50,728 nucleotides of DNA. It comes from a virus. Lineage: Duplodnaviria; Caudoviricetes. Below are positions 1-9,805 of this stretch, piece after piece. Location of the stretch: positions 1 to 50,728 of the IMG/VR virus record IMGVR_UViG_3300032218_003147; one strand, 5' to 3'. The stretch's first letter is position 1; each line of letters begins with the position of its first letter. Under the pieces are notes generated by a model that was given only the letters and a program-made list of their open reading frames with translations, did not search any database and was not told the origin of the DNA. Made by a program: the position numbers and the translations under genes.

Positions 1-606
1 CCTAGATATTGGTTCATTGCTTTTACTGGTGCTGAATTTGAAAATGAAACCGATGCTATGGGCGTCGTTAATATGGATAATGGTACGTATGTTCATGATC
101 GCATACAGAAAGTTATGGCTAAAATCCCAGTATTCAAAGCAAATGAAACAGAAGTTACCCATGATGATCCACCGATTAGAGGATTTGCAGACACATTTAT
201 TGATTGGAACGGAAAAGAAGTAGTAGGAGAAATTAAATCCGCTAAGGAAGAAATTTTTGCAATAAGGCAAGCAGAAATGCAAGGTCTGCCATATCATAAA
301 GTTCAGCTTCTTACGTATATGAAAATTCGTGGAGCACAGCAAGGGTTTTTCTTTTATGAAAATAAAAACGATAACAGTTTTTTAATTATTCCAATTAACA
401 TGGATGAAAAAAATACAGAATTAATTGACGGTGTTTGGGATTGGATGCGTACAGTTTATAGTGCGTATAAAGAGGGAACTATGCCAGAAAGAACATTTAC
501 AAAGTCTACTTGGGCATGTAAAGGTTGTCCAGTTAAAAGCACTTGTTGGGCTGATAAGAAAGACTTGGGAGAAATATTTATCCCAGCGTTGGACTTAAAA
601 AAATGA
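1..606 (+). CDS. Cas4-like PD-(D/E)XK exonuclease (5' partial)
   Basis: Frame is open from base 1 (PRYW...). G-x-x-x-H, D...EIKS nuclease motif, Q-x-x-x-Y, and C-terminal CKGCPVKSTC Fe-S cysteines. Confidence 0.8.
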   Translation, partial: PRYWFIAFTGAEFENETDAMGVVNMDNGTYVHDRIQKVMAKIPVFKANETEVTHDDPPIRGFADTFIDWNGKEVVGEIKSAKEEIFAIRQAEMQGLPYHKVQLLTYMKIRGAQQGFFFYENKNDNSFLIIPINMDEKNTELIDGVWDWMRTVYSAYKEGTMPERTFTKSTWACKGCPVKSTCWADKKDLGEIFIPALDLKK

Positions 607-905
607 TATGTTCTTATGATGAATGTAATAATGAATTTGATGCAAAAACTCACAATCAAAAATATTGTTCTGATGAATGTTGCAGAACAGCAACAAATTT
701 AAAACTTAAAGAAAAGTATTATGAGAAAAAAGCAAGAAGAGCAGGAGTAATTTTTAAATGCAAATCTAAAGGCTGTAATCAAGACCTTAGTATGTATGAC
801 AATGATTATATTTGTAATGTTTGTAAAGCAAAAGAAAAGACAAAAGAAAGAAATAAGTTAATAGAAATGGTGATGAGTGTCTCTAGCAAAACTGATAAAG
901 CCTAA
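603..905 (+). CDS. Cys-rich zinc-finger protein
   Basis: CSYDEC..KYCSDEC, CKSKGC, CNVC; ATGA overlap with the upstream gene. Confidence 0.6.
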   Translation: MICSYDECNNEFDAKTHNQKYCSDECCRTATNLKLKEKYYEKKARRAGVIFKCKSKGCNQDLSMYDNDYICNVCKAKEKTKERNKLIEMVMSVSSKTDKA

Positions 906-1434
906 AGCACACAGAATTTTGGGTATAGACGCAAGTACAAATAGCATTGCTTTTTGTCTTATGAACGAAAAAAAACCTGTTAAATGGGGAGAAATACAAT
1001 TTGATGGCGCAGATATATATGAGCGTATATTGGATGCAAAACGTAAAATTAAAGCGTTTAAAGGTGAGCTGGATACAGATTTTGTAGTTATAGAAGCTGC
1101 CATATCTGTTAGATCAGTTCATACTGGAATGAAGATGGCTTACGTATTTGGTGCTATAATGGGAGAGTTACTTAGTGATGGAGTTAGGGTTGTAGAAGTA
1201 CATCCAATAACTTGGCAGTCGTACCTGGGGAATAAAAATTTTACAAAAGCAGAAAAGGTGGCAATAAAAAATGAGTTCCCAGGAAAATCGGAAAACTGGT
1301 ATAAAGGAAAAATCAGAGAGCGTAGAAAAGGAAAAACTATTGAATTTGTTCGTTCATTGGGTATTGAAACGGAATCGGACAACGTTGCAGATGCTGCAGG
1401 AATTGCGTGGTATGCGGTAAATGAAATTATATGA
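877..1434 (+). CDS. ruvC: RuvC-like Holliday junction resolvase
   Basis: ILGIDAS, VVIE and DNVADAAGIA RNase H-fold catalytic motifs. Confidence 0.8.
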   Translation: MSLAKLIKPKAHRILGIDASTNSIAFCLMNEKKPVKWGEIQFDGADIYERILDAKRKIKAFKGELDTDFVVIEAAISVRSVHTGMKMAYVFGAIMGELLSDGVRVVEVHPITWQSYLGNKNFTKAEKVAIKNEFPGKSENWYKGKIRERRKGKTIEFVRSLGIETESDNVADAAGIAWYAVNEII

Positions 1435-1582
1435 TAGCGAAGCTTGGCTACGTAAGCGATATGTAGTAGAAAAAAAGAAAATTGTTGAGATGGCTATGGA
1501 AGCTAAATGTAGTCATATGACTATACAGAGACAATTAGAAAGATACGGTCTTATAAAAAAACCTAGAAAGTGGACAAAATGA
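1421..1582 (+). CDS. Small HTH DNA-binding protein (53 aa, not in ORF track)
   Basis: Translated by hand: MKLYDSEAWLRKRYVVEKKKIVEMAMEAKCSHMTIQRQLERYGLIKKPRKWTK. Fills the gap and overlaps the next start (ATGA). Confidence 0.7.
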   Translation: MKLYDSEAWLRKRYVVEKKKIVEMAMEAKCSHMTIQRQLERYGLIKKPRKWTK

Positions 1583-2076
1583 CTAAAACATTAGATCTTG
1601 GTTGTGGTAATACGCCGAAGAACCCTTATAATGCAGATGAACTTTATGGGGTAGATATTGTTGATGTTAATACTCCAAATACTAAAAAAGCAGATTTGGC
1701 AATTGAGCCTATTCCATATGAAGACAATTCATTTGATTATGTAACTGCATATGATTTTCTTGAACATATCCCACGCATACTTTATATTGATGGAAAAAGA
1801 ACACAACCATTCATTGATGTTATGAGTGAAATATATAGAGTATTAAAGCCAGGTGGTATATTTAGAGCACATACTCCATGCTACCCACATGCCCCAACAT
1901 TTCAGGATCCAACACATGTTAATTTTATAACTGATTACACAGTTGAATATTTTTCGGGAGAGGCTCTAAAGCTTGGACAGTTGTATGGATTCAAAGGTGA
2001 ATTTAAATTATTAAAGCAAGAGTGGGATCCAAGATGGACGTATTTAATTGTATGGGAGTTAGAGGCTGTTAAATGA
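1579..2076 (+). CDS. Class I SAM-dependent methyltransferase
   Basis: LDLGCG, GVD, DNSFD, DFLEH and EIYRVLKPGG motifs; ATG at 1579 coupled to the upstream stop. Confidence 0.9.
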   Translation: MTKTLDLGCGNTPKNPYNADELYGVDIVDVNTPNTKKADLAIEPIPYEDNSFDYVTAYDFLEHIPRILYIDGKRTQPFIDVMSEIYRVLKPGGIFRAHTPCYPHAPTFQDPTHVNFITDYTVEYFSGEALKLGQLYGFKGEFKLLKQEWDPRWTYLIVWELEAVK

Positions 2077-2732
2077 GTAATAATGAAATGTTGGTCTTAC
2101 TTCCCTCAAGAGGTAGACCTGAAAAAGCAAAAACATTTTATGAGTTATACAGAAAAAATTCAATAGTTTCAGACATTTGTTTTGGATTAGATGATGATGA
2201 TTATGCTTCCTATGAAGTTGAAGAAGGTGCATTGTATAGTATAAATAAAAATATGAAACTATGCCCAAAACTAAATGTTCTAGCAAATAAATTTGTAGAT
2301 AAGTATAAGTATATTTGTTTTACGGGTGATGATGTAAATATAAATACTTATGGATGGGACGCTCAACTTTTAGAGCCATTAAAAAATCAAATTGGTATTT
2401 CATACGGTAATGATTACTATCATGGAGAATGGCTACCTAATACTTTTGTAGTCAATTCTGAGGTTATTAAAGCTCTTGGCTGGATGGTTCCGCCAATATT
2501 AGAACATTTTTATATGGATAATTTCTATAAAGATCTTGGATCGGAACTGGGAATATTACATTATTTTTCTGATGTTAATCTTGAACATAAACATTATACC
2601 AATGGTAAAACAAAATATGATGAAACATATAAAGCTGCAGGTGATATGAATGAAGAGCAAATAAGGTATAATAGATATAAGGAATCATCTTTTCAAGATG
2701 ATGTTAATAAGATAAGGGGTCTTATAAAGTGA
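2073..2732 (+). CDS. GT-A fold glycosyltransferase (GT2-like)
   Basis: LLPSRGRP, LDDDD, FTGDD (DxD-like), H-x-Y-x-D. Confidence 0.75.
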   Translation: MSNNEMLVLLPSRGRPEKAKTFYELYRKNSIVSDICFGLDDDDYASYEVEEGALYSINKNMKLCPKLNVLANKFVDKYKYICFTGDDVNINTYGWDAQLLEPLKNQIGISYGNDYYHGEWLPNTFVVNSEVIKALGWMVPPILEHFYMDNFYKDLGSELGILHYFSDVNLEHKHYTNGKTKYDETYKAAGDMNEEQIRYNRYKESSFQDDVNKIRGLIK

Positions 2733-3502
2733 AGGTAATTGATTGTTTCCCATTTTTTGATGAGTTTTTGATTTTGGATATTAGATTTAGGGAATTATAT
2801 GACGTAGTTGATAAATTTGTTATTATGGAAGCAAAAGAAACATTTTCTGGTAAAGAGAAACCTTTATATTTATCAGAATGTTACAAAGAAAAATATGCTC
2901 AATATGCTGATAAAATTGAAATTATTGTAGTAGAACGTTCTGAATACGATGACGTTTGGCAAAGAGAATATTTTCAAAAAGATCATTTATCTAAAGATGG
3001 TCTAAAATTTTTAAATCTTGATGACGAAGACCTTATTCTTTTTGCAGATGCAGATGAAATCCCAAGAAGATCTGTGGTGCAAAATTTAAAAGAAAATGGT
3101 TTTGATGAAAATGGCGGAGCATTAGTAGGACCATTTTATTACTATAAGCTTAATGTACTAACTTCAGAAGTAAGCTGGAGGCCAAAATTTATATCTTATG
3201 GAAAATTTATAAACTTTGATGCACATCGTCAAGATGAATCTTTCCCACCAATTCAAAATGGCGGATGGCATTTTTCTTATTTAAAAACAGTAGAAAAAAT
3301 TAAAGAAAAAATTGAAGCTTTTTCTCATCAAGAATATAATAATAATGAGTATAATACTCTTGAACTTTTGCAGGCTCGTATAGATAACGTAGAGGACATT
3401 TTGCAAAGAGGTTGGAACCGTTTATCAGTTGTACCTATGGATGATTCATATCCAGAGTATGTAAAAGAAAATATTGATAGCCTTAGAATGTGGATAGCAT
3501 AA
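2729..3502 (+). CDS. Glycosyltransferase family 17 (MGAT3/GnT-III-like GlcNAc transferase)
   Basis: DCFPFFDE, VDKFVIMEAKETFSGKEKP, DADEIP, GGWHFSY and KIEAFSH are GT17 motifs. Confidence 0.85.
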   Translation: MKVIDCFPFFDEFLILDIRFRELYDVVDKFVIMEAKETFSGKEKPLYLSECYKEKYAQYADKIEIIVVERSEYDDVWQREYFQKDHLSKDGLKFLNLDDEDLILFADADEIPRRSVVQNLKENGFDENGGALVGPFYYYKLNVLTSEVSWRPKFISYGKFINFDAHRQDESFPPIQNGGWHFSYLKTVEKIKEKIEAFSHQEYNNNEYNTLELLQARIDNVEDILQRGWNRLSVVPMDDSYPEYVKENIDSLRMWIA

Positions 3503-3505
3503 TAA

Positions 3506-3934
3506 ATGCCTACTGTGTACACTGGAGGAACATTTGATCTATTTCATTCTGGTCACGCCAATTTATTGAAAAAATGTAGAGAAATTGCAGGAGAAAATGG
3601 ATGGGTTGTTGTGTCTTTAAACCCAGATGACTTTATAGTTAAATATAAAGGAGATGCACCAATATGTAGCGAAATAGAAAGAAAAGCCGTACTAGAATCT
3701 TGTATGTATGTAGATAAAGTTATAATGAATGTTGGTGGGGAAGATTCAAGAATTGCAATTGAAATGGTTAATCCAGATTATATAGTAATAGGTTCAGATT
3801 GGGCTAAAAGAGATTATTACAAGCAGATGGGGTTTGATCAATTCTGGCTGGATGAAAGAAATATTGGGTTAGTGTATGTTCCGTATACAAAAGCTATATC
3901 TTCAACTGAAATAAAAAGGAGATTAAAAAAATGA
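3506..3934 (+). CDS. Cytidylyltransferase (TagD/RfaE-like)
   Basis: GGTFDLFHSGH (HxGH), GSDW, ISST. Confidence 0.9.
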   Translation: MPTVYTGGTFDLFHSGHANLLKKCREIAGENGWVVVSLNPDDFIVKYKGDAPICSEIERKAVLESCMYVDKVIMNVGGEDSRIAIEMVNPDYIVIGSDWAKRDYYKQMGFDQFWLDERNIGLVYVPYTKAISSTEIKRRLKK

Positions 3935-4461
3935 AAAATGCAATTGTTATAGGAACAAATATTGGAAGAGAAAAATGGTTACACGATTGCTTAGAATCTT
4001 TAAAAGTTCCGTCATTAGTTATTTCAGCTCCAGGATTTGAAGCTGGTCATATAAAATGGGTTTATGATAATACATCAATAGAAAGGTTTATTTACTTACA
4101 AGATAGCATAGTCATTAAAAACAATGATCTTCTTATGAGTATTTTTGACATTGAAGGCTCTGTCTGTTTAAATGATAATGCATTCCATATGAGTTCTTAC
4201 GTAGGACTTTATGAAAGAGAAACTTTATCAAAAATGACAATTCCTACATCAAAAAATAAAGCAGAATCAATGGCTAATGAAGAAGCTTTACCTAGACCAT
4301 ATATTGATCTTTGTGAAAAGTTTACTTGTTATTCTTCTCCACGAACAATGACTTGGGGAGTTTTTAAGCATGATAGAGAAAACTTGATTGAAGCAAATGA
4401 AATATTTGAAAAATGGAAAGGAAATTGGGGTCAATTTGGAGAGGAATACTACCAAGAATAA
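3931..4461 (+). CDS. Putative glycosyltransferase-like protein
   Basis: Coupled within the sugar cluster; FIYLQDS resembles a GT-A DxD region. Confidence 0.45.
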   Translation: MKNAIVIGTNIGREKWLHDCLESLKVPSLVISAPGFEAGHIKWVYDNTSIERFIYLQDSIVIKNNDLLMSIFDIEGSVCLNDNAFHMSSYVGLYERETLSKMTIPTSKNKAESMANEEALPRPYIDLCEKFTCYSSPRTMTWGVFKHDRENLIEANEIFEKWKGNWGQFGEEYYQE

Positions 4462-5468
4462 TGAAAAAAGTATTAATAACAGGTGTGGCAGGGTTTATGG
4501 GAAGTCATCTTGCAGATGAATTTCTATCAAGAGGATACCATGTAGTTGGTATAGATAACTTTATTGGAGGTTACGAAGATAATATTCCGCAGGGAGTTGA
4601 ATTTCATTACGCCGATCTTGGTGATTTTGATGCAGTTAAAGATTTATTTAACGGCGTAGATTTAGTTGTTCATACTGCATGTACAGCATATGAAGGTCTA
4701 TCTGTTTTTAGTCCCGCACTTGTTACACGCAATACTTCTCATATTACAACGGTGGCTGTATCCGCATCAATTCGTGCGGGAGTTAAGAAATTTGTTCATA
4801 TGGCTTCAATGGCTAGATACGGTACACAAGAAATAGTACCATTTACAGAAGATATGACACCAAAGCCACAAGACCCATATGGTATTGCTAAATATGCATC
4901 AGAACTTCTTATTAAAAATTTATCTGAAACTCATGGCATGAAGTATGTAATTTTAGTGCCACATAATATTATTGGTCCACGTCAAAAATTTGATGATCCA
5001 TATCGTAATGTAGCATCTATTATGATAAATCGCATGTTGTCTGGAAAGCAACCAATTATTTATGGAGATGGATCTCAAATGAGATGTTTTTCTTTTATGC
5101 AAGATGTAATAGATCCATTAATGATTGCATGTGAAACAGATGTTGCTGATGGACAAGTAGTAAATATTGGACCAGATGAAGAATTTATAACAATTAAAGA
5201 ATTAGCTGAAAAAATTGCAGTAATACTAGGATTTGAATTAGATCCAATATACATGCCAGGTAGACCGCAAGAAGTAAAACATGCTAATTGTTCTGCAGAT
5301 AAAGCAAGACAATTATTAAATTATAAAACATCTACAAGTCTTGAAGATGGCTTGACAGAATTGGCGGAATGGATTAAAATTAAGGGAGCAAGACCATTTA
5401 ATTACCACCTACCACTAGAGTTTATAACAGAAAAAACACCTAAAACTTGGTCAGAAAGGCTTATGTAA
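4461..5468 (+). CDS. NAD-dependent nucleotide-sugar epimerase/dehydratase
   Basis: ITGVAGFMGS, YGIAK (YxxxK), GDGSQMRCF; start placed at the TAATG-coupled ATG 4461. Confidence 0.92.
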   Translation: MKKVLITGVAGFMGSHLADEFLSRGYHVVGIDNFIGGYEDNIPQGVEFHYADLGDFDAVKDLFNGVDLVVHTACTAYEGLSVFSPALVTRNTSHITTVAVSASIRAGVKKFVHMASMARYGTQEIVPFTEDMTPKPQDPYGIAKYASELLIKNLSETHGMKYVILVPHNIIGPRQKFDDPYRNVASIMINRMLSGKQPIIYGDGSQMRCFSFMQDVIDPLMIACETDVADGQVVNIGPDEEFITIKELAEKIAVILGFELDPIYMPGRPQEVKHANCSADKARQLLNYKTSTSLEDGLTELAEWIKIKGARPFNYHLPLEFITEKTPKTWSERLM

Positions 5469-6139
5469 TGTCATTTACCCATAAAGTTCTTCATATGGAG
5501 AAAAGCGTAAATCGCAAACCTGTAGTAAATAAAATTAATCATATTATGTCTTCAAATTCTGAGGAATTGATAAGTGAAACATATGAGATATCTAATGATG
5601 AACAGCTAAATAAATTTAAATCTGATCATCCTTTATTTAAATTAGATCCAAAGATAGAATTTAGGTATTCAGAGATTGGTGTTTGGGCAAGTAATTATAA
5701 TGCTTGGGTTAATTTTTTAAAAACTGATAAAGAATATCTTGTTTTATTTGAAGATGATGTTTATATTCATGAAGATTTTTGGGAAAGAATTGATGGTGTA
5801 ATGTATCAAATTCCAGAAGATTGGCAGGCATTTTTCTTTTTAAACTGGAACCCTACATATTATCGCTCAGATCTTCATAATATTGGTAACGCTAGCATAT
5901 GTAAATCTTATCAAGGTCAATGGCTTGGAGGATATATTCTTAATAGATCAGGTGCAGAATCTCTTGTTAAAGATGTACAGGAAAATTTAATTTCAGACCC
6001 TGTTGATATTTACGTATTCTATAAGCATGGTAACTTAAAGTCCTATACGTTTAGCCCAGGTGTTTCAAAAATGGGTGGGGATTTAGCTATGGAAACAACA
6101 ATACACAATGTAGAAAGAATGAAGGTAAATAATGCCTAA
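5468..6139 (+). CDS. Glycosyltransferase family 25
   Basis: EIGVWASNYNAW, LVLFEDD, YILNRSGA, PVD. Confidence 0.8.
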   Translation: MSFTHKVLHMEKSVNRKPVVNKINHIMSSNSEELISETYEISNDEQLNKFKSDHPLFKLDPKIEFRYSEIGVWASNYNAWVNFLKTDKEYLVLFEDDVYIHEDFWERIDGVMYQIPEDWQAFFFLNWNPTYYRSDLHNIGNASICKSYQGQWLGGYILNRSGAESLVKDVQENLISDPVDIYVFYKHGNLKSYTFSPGVSKMGGDLAMETTIHNVERMKVNNA

Positions 6140-6461
6140 GCCAGTGTTTAAAGATACAGCTAGATTTAGATGTGATGATTTGTACTTACAAGCAGCATCT
6201 GCACCATCAGGATATGCAATATGGAATGCATGTCATGATATAGCACAGTTATTAGTAGAAAAAAATATTTCATATGGGGATTCAGCATTATCTCCAAATC
6301 GTATTTTTGCACAATCAGATAACGTTGAGCAATTAAAAGTTCGCATTGATGATAAATTAAATCGGGTAAAAAATAATCAAGGATTTGCTGGAGATAATGA
6401 TATTGATGATTTGATTGGTTATTTAGTTTTACTTAAAATTGCCTTGACAAGGCATGCATAA
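6132..6461 (+). CDS. Nucleotide-modification-associated domain protein (DUF1599/Nmad1-like)
   Basis: KNISYGDS...RIDDKLNR...DLIGY pattern. Confidence 0.7.
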   Translation: MPKPVFKDTARFRCDDLYLQAASAPSGYAIWNACHDIAQLLVEKNISYGDSALSPNRIFAQSDNVEQLKVRIDDKLNRVKNNQGFAGDNDIDDLIGYLVLLKIALTRHA

Positions 6462-6473
6462 AGGGAGTATAAT
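6444..6473 (+). promoter_or_regulatory. Canonical sigma-A promoter, probably giving a leaderless transcript
   Basis: TTGACA-N18-TATAAT with ATG 5 nt downstream. Confidence 0.7.
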
Positions 6474-6478
6474 TAAGT

Positions 6479-6661
6479 ATGCCTACATATGAATATAAAT
6501 GCACGGATGATGAAAGTCATATAATTGAAGAACAAAGAAATATAGATGATAGGGATGCTCCTATTACATGTCCCTGTGGTTCTTATATGAATAGAGTAAT
6601 GATAAATAGAGTTGGTGTGCAGTTTAAAGGCAAAGGTTTTTACAAAACGGATAATGGGTAA
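6479..6661 (+). CDS. FmdB-family zinc ribbon protein
   Basis: MPTYEYKC...CPCG...FKGKGFYKTD. Confidence 0.85.
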   Translation: MPTYEYKCTDDESHIIEEQRNIDDRDAPITCPCGSYMNRVMINRVGVQFKGKGFYKTDNG

Positions 6662-6662
6662 T

Positions 6663-7184
6663 ATGAGCGAAATAGAAGTAGCTGGTCAATTTGATCAAAT
6701 GAATAAAGTTGTAGAAGAATTACTTAAAGGTAATACTTCTAACCAAATTGCTAAAAATCAAGGTTTAACCCGTGTTCAAGTTGAAAAATATATTAGTACT
6801 TGGAAAGAATTAGTTCATGACAATACAGCCATACGTGAACGTGCTAGAGAAGCACTTGCTGGGGCAGATGAGCATTACAACATGTTAATTAAAGAGGCGT
6901 GGGATGTTATTAATGAGGCTGGTGTTTCATCAGAACTTGGAATAAAAAATGCTGCTATTAAACTTGTTGCAGATATTGAATCAAAACGCATTGACATGTT
7001 AAATAAAGCGGGAGTACTAGAAGATAATTCTATGGCTGATCAAATCATGGAATCAGAAAGAAAACAAGAAGTTCTTGTAAGTATTTTAAAAGATGTAACT
7101 TCAAGTTGTGATAAATGTAAATGGGAAGTTGCTAAAAGATTATCAGAAGTTACAGGGCAAATTGAAGCAGTAGTAGTAGAATAA
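6663..7184 (+). CDS. Putative terminase small subunit
   Basis: N-terminal HTH-like segment, helical body, TAATG-coupled to the large terminase. Confidence 0.55.
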   Translation: MSEIEVAGQFDQMNKVVEELLKGNTSNQIAKNQGLTRVQVEKYISTWKELVHDNTAIRERAREALAGADEHYNMLIKEAWDVINEAGVSSELGIKNAAIKLVADIESKRIDMLNKAGVLEDNSMADQIMESERKQEVLVSILKDVTSSCDKCKWEVAKRLSEVTGQIEAVVVE

Positions 7185-9031
7185 TGTCAGATTTTAACGT
7201 ATTCTTAGATGCATTAAGCGGGGATGAATTTGAAGAAAAACCCGTACCGCTAGAAGAATTTGTTACAAGTAAGAAATACCTAGGATTACCACCATTATCT
7301 GAATATCAATATACAATGCTTAAAGCTTCTACTCAGATATATAAACTTGATACATTAATAAATATTTATGGTGAAGATGAAGGCAGAAAAATATTTAAGC
7401 AAACATGTAATGAAATTATTTTACAGTTGGGTAAAGGTTCTGGAAAAGATTATACCTCAACTATTGCATGTGCATATGTAGTTTATTTGTTATTATGCCT
7501 AAAAGATCCAGCAGTTTATTATGGCAAGCCTCCAGGAGATGCTATTGATATTATCAATATTGCTATCAACGCACAACAGGCTAACCGAGTATTCTTTAAG
7601 GGATTCAATCAGCGTATTGAAAAATCTCCTTGGTTTCAAGGAAGATACATTGCTAAGGCAAATATGGTTGAGTTTGATAAAGAAATTACAGTTCACTCAG
7701 GTCACTCTGAATCAGAGGCGTGGGAAGGTTACAATGTTCTTGTAGTTATTCTCGATGAAATTTCAGGCTTTGAATTAGAATCAACATCAGGCCATGCACA
7801 AGCAAAAACAGCATCATCTATTTATAAGATGTATAAAGGATCCATTACTTCTCGTTTTCCAGATTTTGGCAAATTAGTTTTGCTTTCATTTCCACGTTTT
7901 AAAATGGATTATATTCAGCAAAAGTACAATGAAGCAATTGCAGAAAAAGAAGTTGTACTTAGACACCATAAATTTAAAGTAGATCCAGATCTACCAGATG
8001 GAACTATGGGTAATGAATTTGAAGTTGAATGGGAAGAAGATCATATTGTTTCCTATAGGTTGCCTAAAATTTTTGCATTAAAAAGACCAACATGGGATAT
8101 TAACCCTACAAGAAAAATTGAAGATTTTACTGAAGCTTTTTATACAGATCCAACTGATGCCTTATCTCGTTTTGCATGTATGCCACCAGATGCAACTGAT
8201 GCTTTCTTTAAAAACCGAGCAGTAATTGAAAAAGCATTTAGCAGTCCTAAATTAGGTGTAGATGAATATGGAAGATTTGATGATACATTTACGCCAGACC
8301 CAAATAAATTTTATTATGCACACGTTGACTTAGCCCAAAAACATGACCATTGTGCAGTTGCAATGTCACATGTTGATGGATGGGTTACAATGAAAATTGG
8401 AGATAAATATAAAGAAGCAGCTCCAAGAATTATTGTAGATGCAGTAAGATTTTGGACACCTACAGCATCAAAATCCGTAGATTTTACAGAAGTTAAAGAT
8501 TATATACTCTCGCTTAGAAGTCGTGGGTTTAATCTTAAAATGGTTACATTTGACCGTTGGAACTCACATGATATGATGCAGCAATTAAAAGCAAATGGAA
8601 TTAACAGTGAATTACTATCAGTAGCAAAAAAACATTATGAAGATATGTCTCTTACTTTAACTGAAGAAAGATTATTTGGACCACGCATTCAATTACTTAT
8701 TGATGAATTATTACAGTTGCGTATTGTAAAAGACAAGGTAGATCACCCTAGAAAGGGTTCTAAAGACCTTTCAGACGCAGTTTGTGGTGCAGTGTACAAT
8801 GCTATAGCTTTAACCCCTCCAGACGCTGATAAAGAGGTTGAGATATACACTTATTCGGGGGTATTTGGATCAGAATTAGATGCATTAAAGCAAGAATCAG
8901 ATGCAAGATTAATTAAGAATAAAACAATCAGAATGCCTGAAAGAGAACAAATGCCATCAAATTTGCGGGACTTTTTAGGAATAGAAGATGATGAAGATCA
9001 ATTCCCTATTGACAGCATGCAAATTTTATAG
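7184..9031 (+). CDS. terL: Terminase large subunit
   Basis: Walker A GKGSGKD, Walker B ILDE, nuclease motifs HVDLA, TFDRW and DHP..GSKDLSDA. Confidence 0.92.
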   Translation: MSDFNVFLDALSGDEFEEKPVPLEEFVTSKKYLGLPPLSEYQYTMLKASTQIYKLDTLINIYGEDEGRKIFKQTCNEIILQLGKGSGKDYTSTIACAYVVYLLLCLKDPAVYYGKPPGDAIDIINIAINAQQANRVFFKGFNQRIEKSPWFQGRYIAKANMVEFDKEITVHSGHSESEAWEGYNVLVVILDEISGFELESTSGHAQAKTASSIYKMYKGSITSRFPDFGKLVLLSFPRFKMDYIQQKYNEAIAEKEVVLRHHKFKVDPDLPDGTMGNEFEVEWEEDHIVSYRLPKIFALKRPTWDINPTRKIEDFTEAFYTDPTDALSRFACMPPDATDAFFKNRAVIEKAFSSPKLGVDEYGRFDDTFTPDPNKFYYAHVDLAQKHDHCAVAMSHVDGWVTMKIGDKYKEAAPRIIVDAVRFWTPTASKSVDFTEVKDYILSLRSRGFNLKMVTFDRWNSHDMMQQLKANGINSELLSVAKKHYEDMSLTLTEERLFGPRIQLLIDELLQLRIVKDKVDHPRKGSKDLSDAVCGAVYNAIALTPPDADKEVEIYTYSGVFGSELDALKQESDARLIKNKTIRMPEREQMPSNLRDFLGIEDDEDQFPIDSMQIL

Positions 9032-9037
9032 TAGACT
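9009..9037 (+). promoter_or_regulatory. Canonical sigma-A promoter
   Basis: TTGACA-N17-TAGACT. Confidence 0.6.
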
Positions 9038-9067
9038 ACAGTCTATAACTACTAACAAAGGATAAAA

Positions 9068-9355
9068 ATGCTAGCAAATGGCACAATTAAAACAATTGAG
9101 AATAATGAAGATATCTATATATCTTTAACTCAGATTTGTGAATATTTTACACAATCTACAATCAATATGTCAAAAGAAGTTGACGATGTTAATCCAAAAG
9201 AAAAGAAATATGCTATGGGTCTTTTAGATATGATGCATACAATCACTGATGAATTTTTGCAACTTGGAAAATTTGAAGCACAACGTAGATTAATTGATAC
9301 ACCACAGGATATTCTAGACATGTTTGACAACAAGCCATTTGGTAATATAGAATAG
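9068..9355 (+). CDS. Hypothetical protein
   Basis: ORF with AAAGGA RBS. Confidence 0.6.
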   Translation: MLANGTIKTIENNEDIYISLTQICEYFTQSTINMSKEVDDVNPKEKKYAMGLLDMMHTITDEFLQLGKFEAQRRLIDTPQDILDMFDNKPFGNIE

Positions 9356-9361
9356 GTTTAT

Positions 9362-9434
9362 TGGCCTGTAGCTGAGTTGGTACAGCATTCGACTGTTAAT
9401 CGAAAGTTCGCAGGATCGAGACCTGCCAGGCCAG
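9362..9434 (+). tRNA. tRNA-Asn(GTT)
   Basis: Cloverleaf: acceptor TGGCCTG/CAGGCCA, anticodon arm TTCGA-CTGTTAA-TCGAA, T-arm GCAGG/CCTGC with atypical loop ATCGAGA. Confidence 0.88.
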
Positions 9435-9471
9435 CAAAGAATTACAAAACAACTACTAGAGAGAGTATAAT

Positions 9472-9720
9472 ATGAATATGATAGCAGAAGAAACTCCCGT
9501 TGAAATAGTAAAGCCAGAATATATTCTTGGAGCAAAAGATAGATGTGACCAATGTCAGGCTGAAGCACTTGTTTTAGTAAAAGGTGTAGGCGGGGAGTTA
9601 TTATTTTGTGGCCATCACTACAACAAGAATGAAATAGCATTAGTTAAATTTGCATATGAAGTAATTGATGAGCGAGATAAATTAAAAGAAAATAAAGCAA
9701 CAGAGCCTCCACACGCATAA
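9472..9720 (+). CDS. Small zinc-binding protein of an actinobacterial family
   Basis: DRCDQC...LLFCGHH. Confidence 0.65.
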   Translation: MNMIAEETPVEIVKPEYILGAKDRCDQCQAEALVLVKGVGGELLFCGHHYNKNEIALVKFAYEVIDERDKLKENKATEPPHA

Positions 9721-9728
9721 TTAAATAG

Positions 9729-9802
9729 GGAGCAATAGCTTAGTTGGTTAAAGCCCCGAACTCATAATTCGGTAATCGTAGGTTCAAGTCCTACTTGCTC
9801 TA
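9729..9802 (+). tRNA. tRNA with CAT anticodon (elongator Met or Ile2)
   Basis: Acceptor GGAGCAA/TTGCTCT, CCGAA-CTCATAA-TTCGG, GTAGG-TTCAAGT-CCTAC; lacks the initiator three G-C pairs. Confidence 0.9.
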
Positions 9803-9805
9803 CAA

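Noticed and set aside
1-606. Cas4-like gene as evidence of a CRISPR system
   Set aside because: No cas1/cas2 and no repeat-spacer array in the window; solo Cas4-like nucleases beside RuvC are common phage recombination genes.
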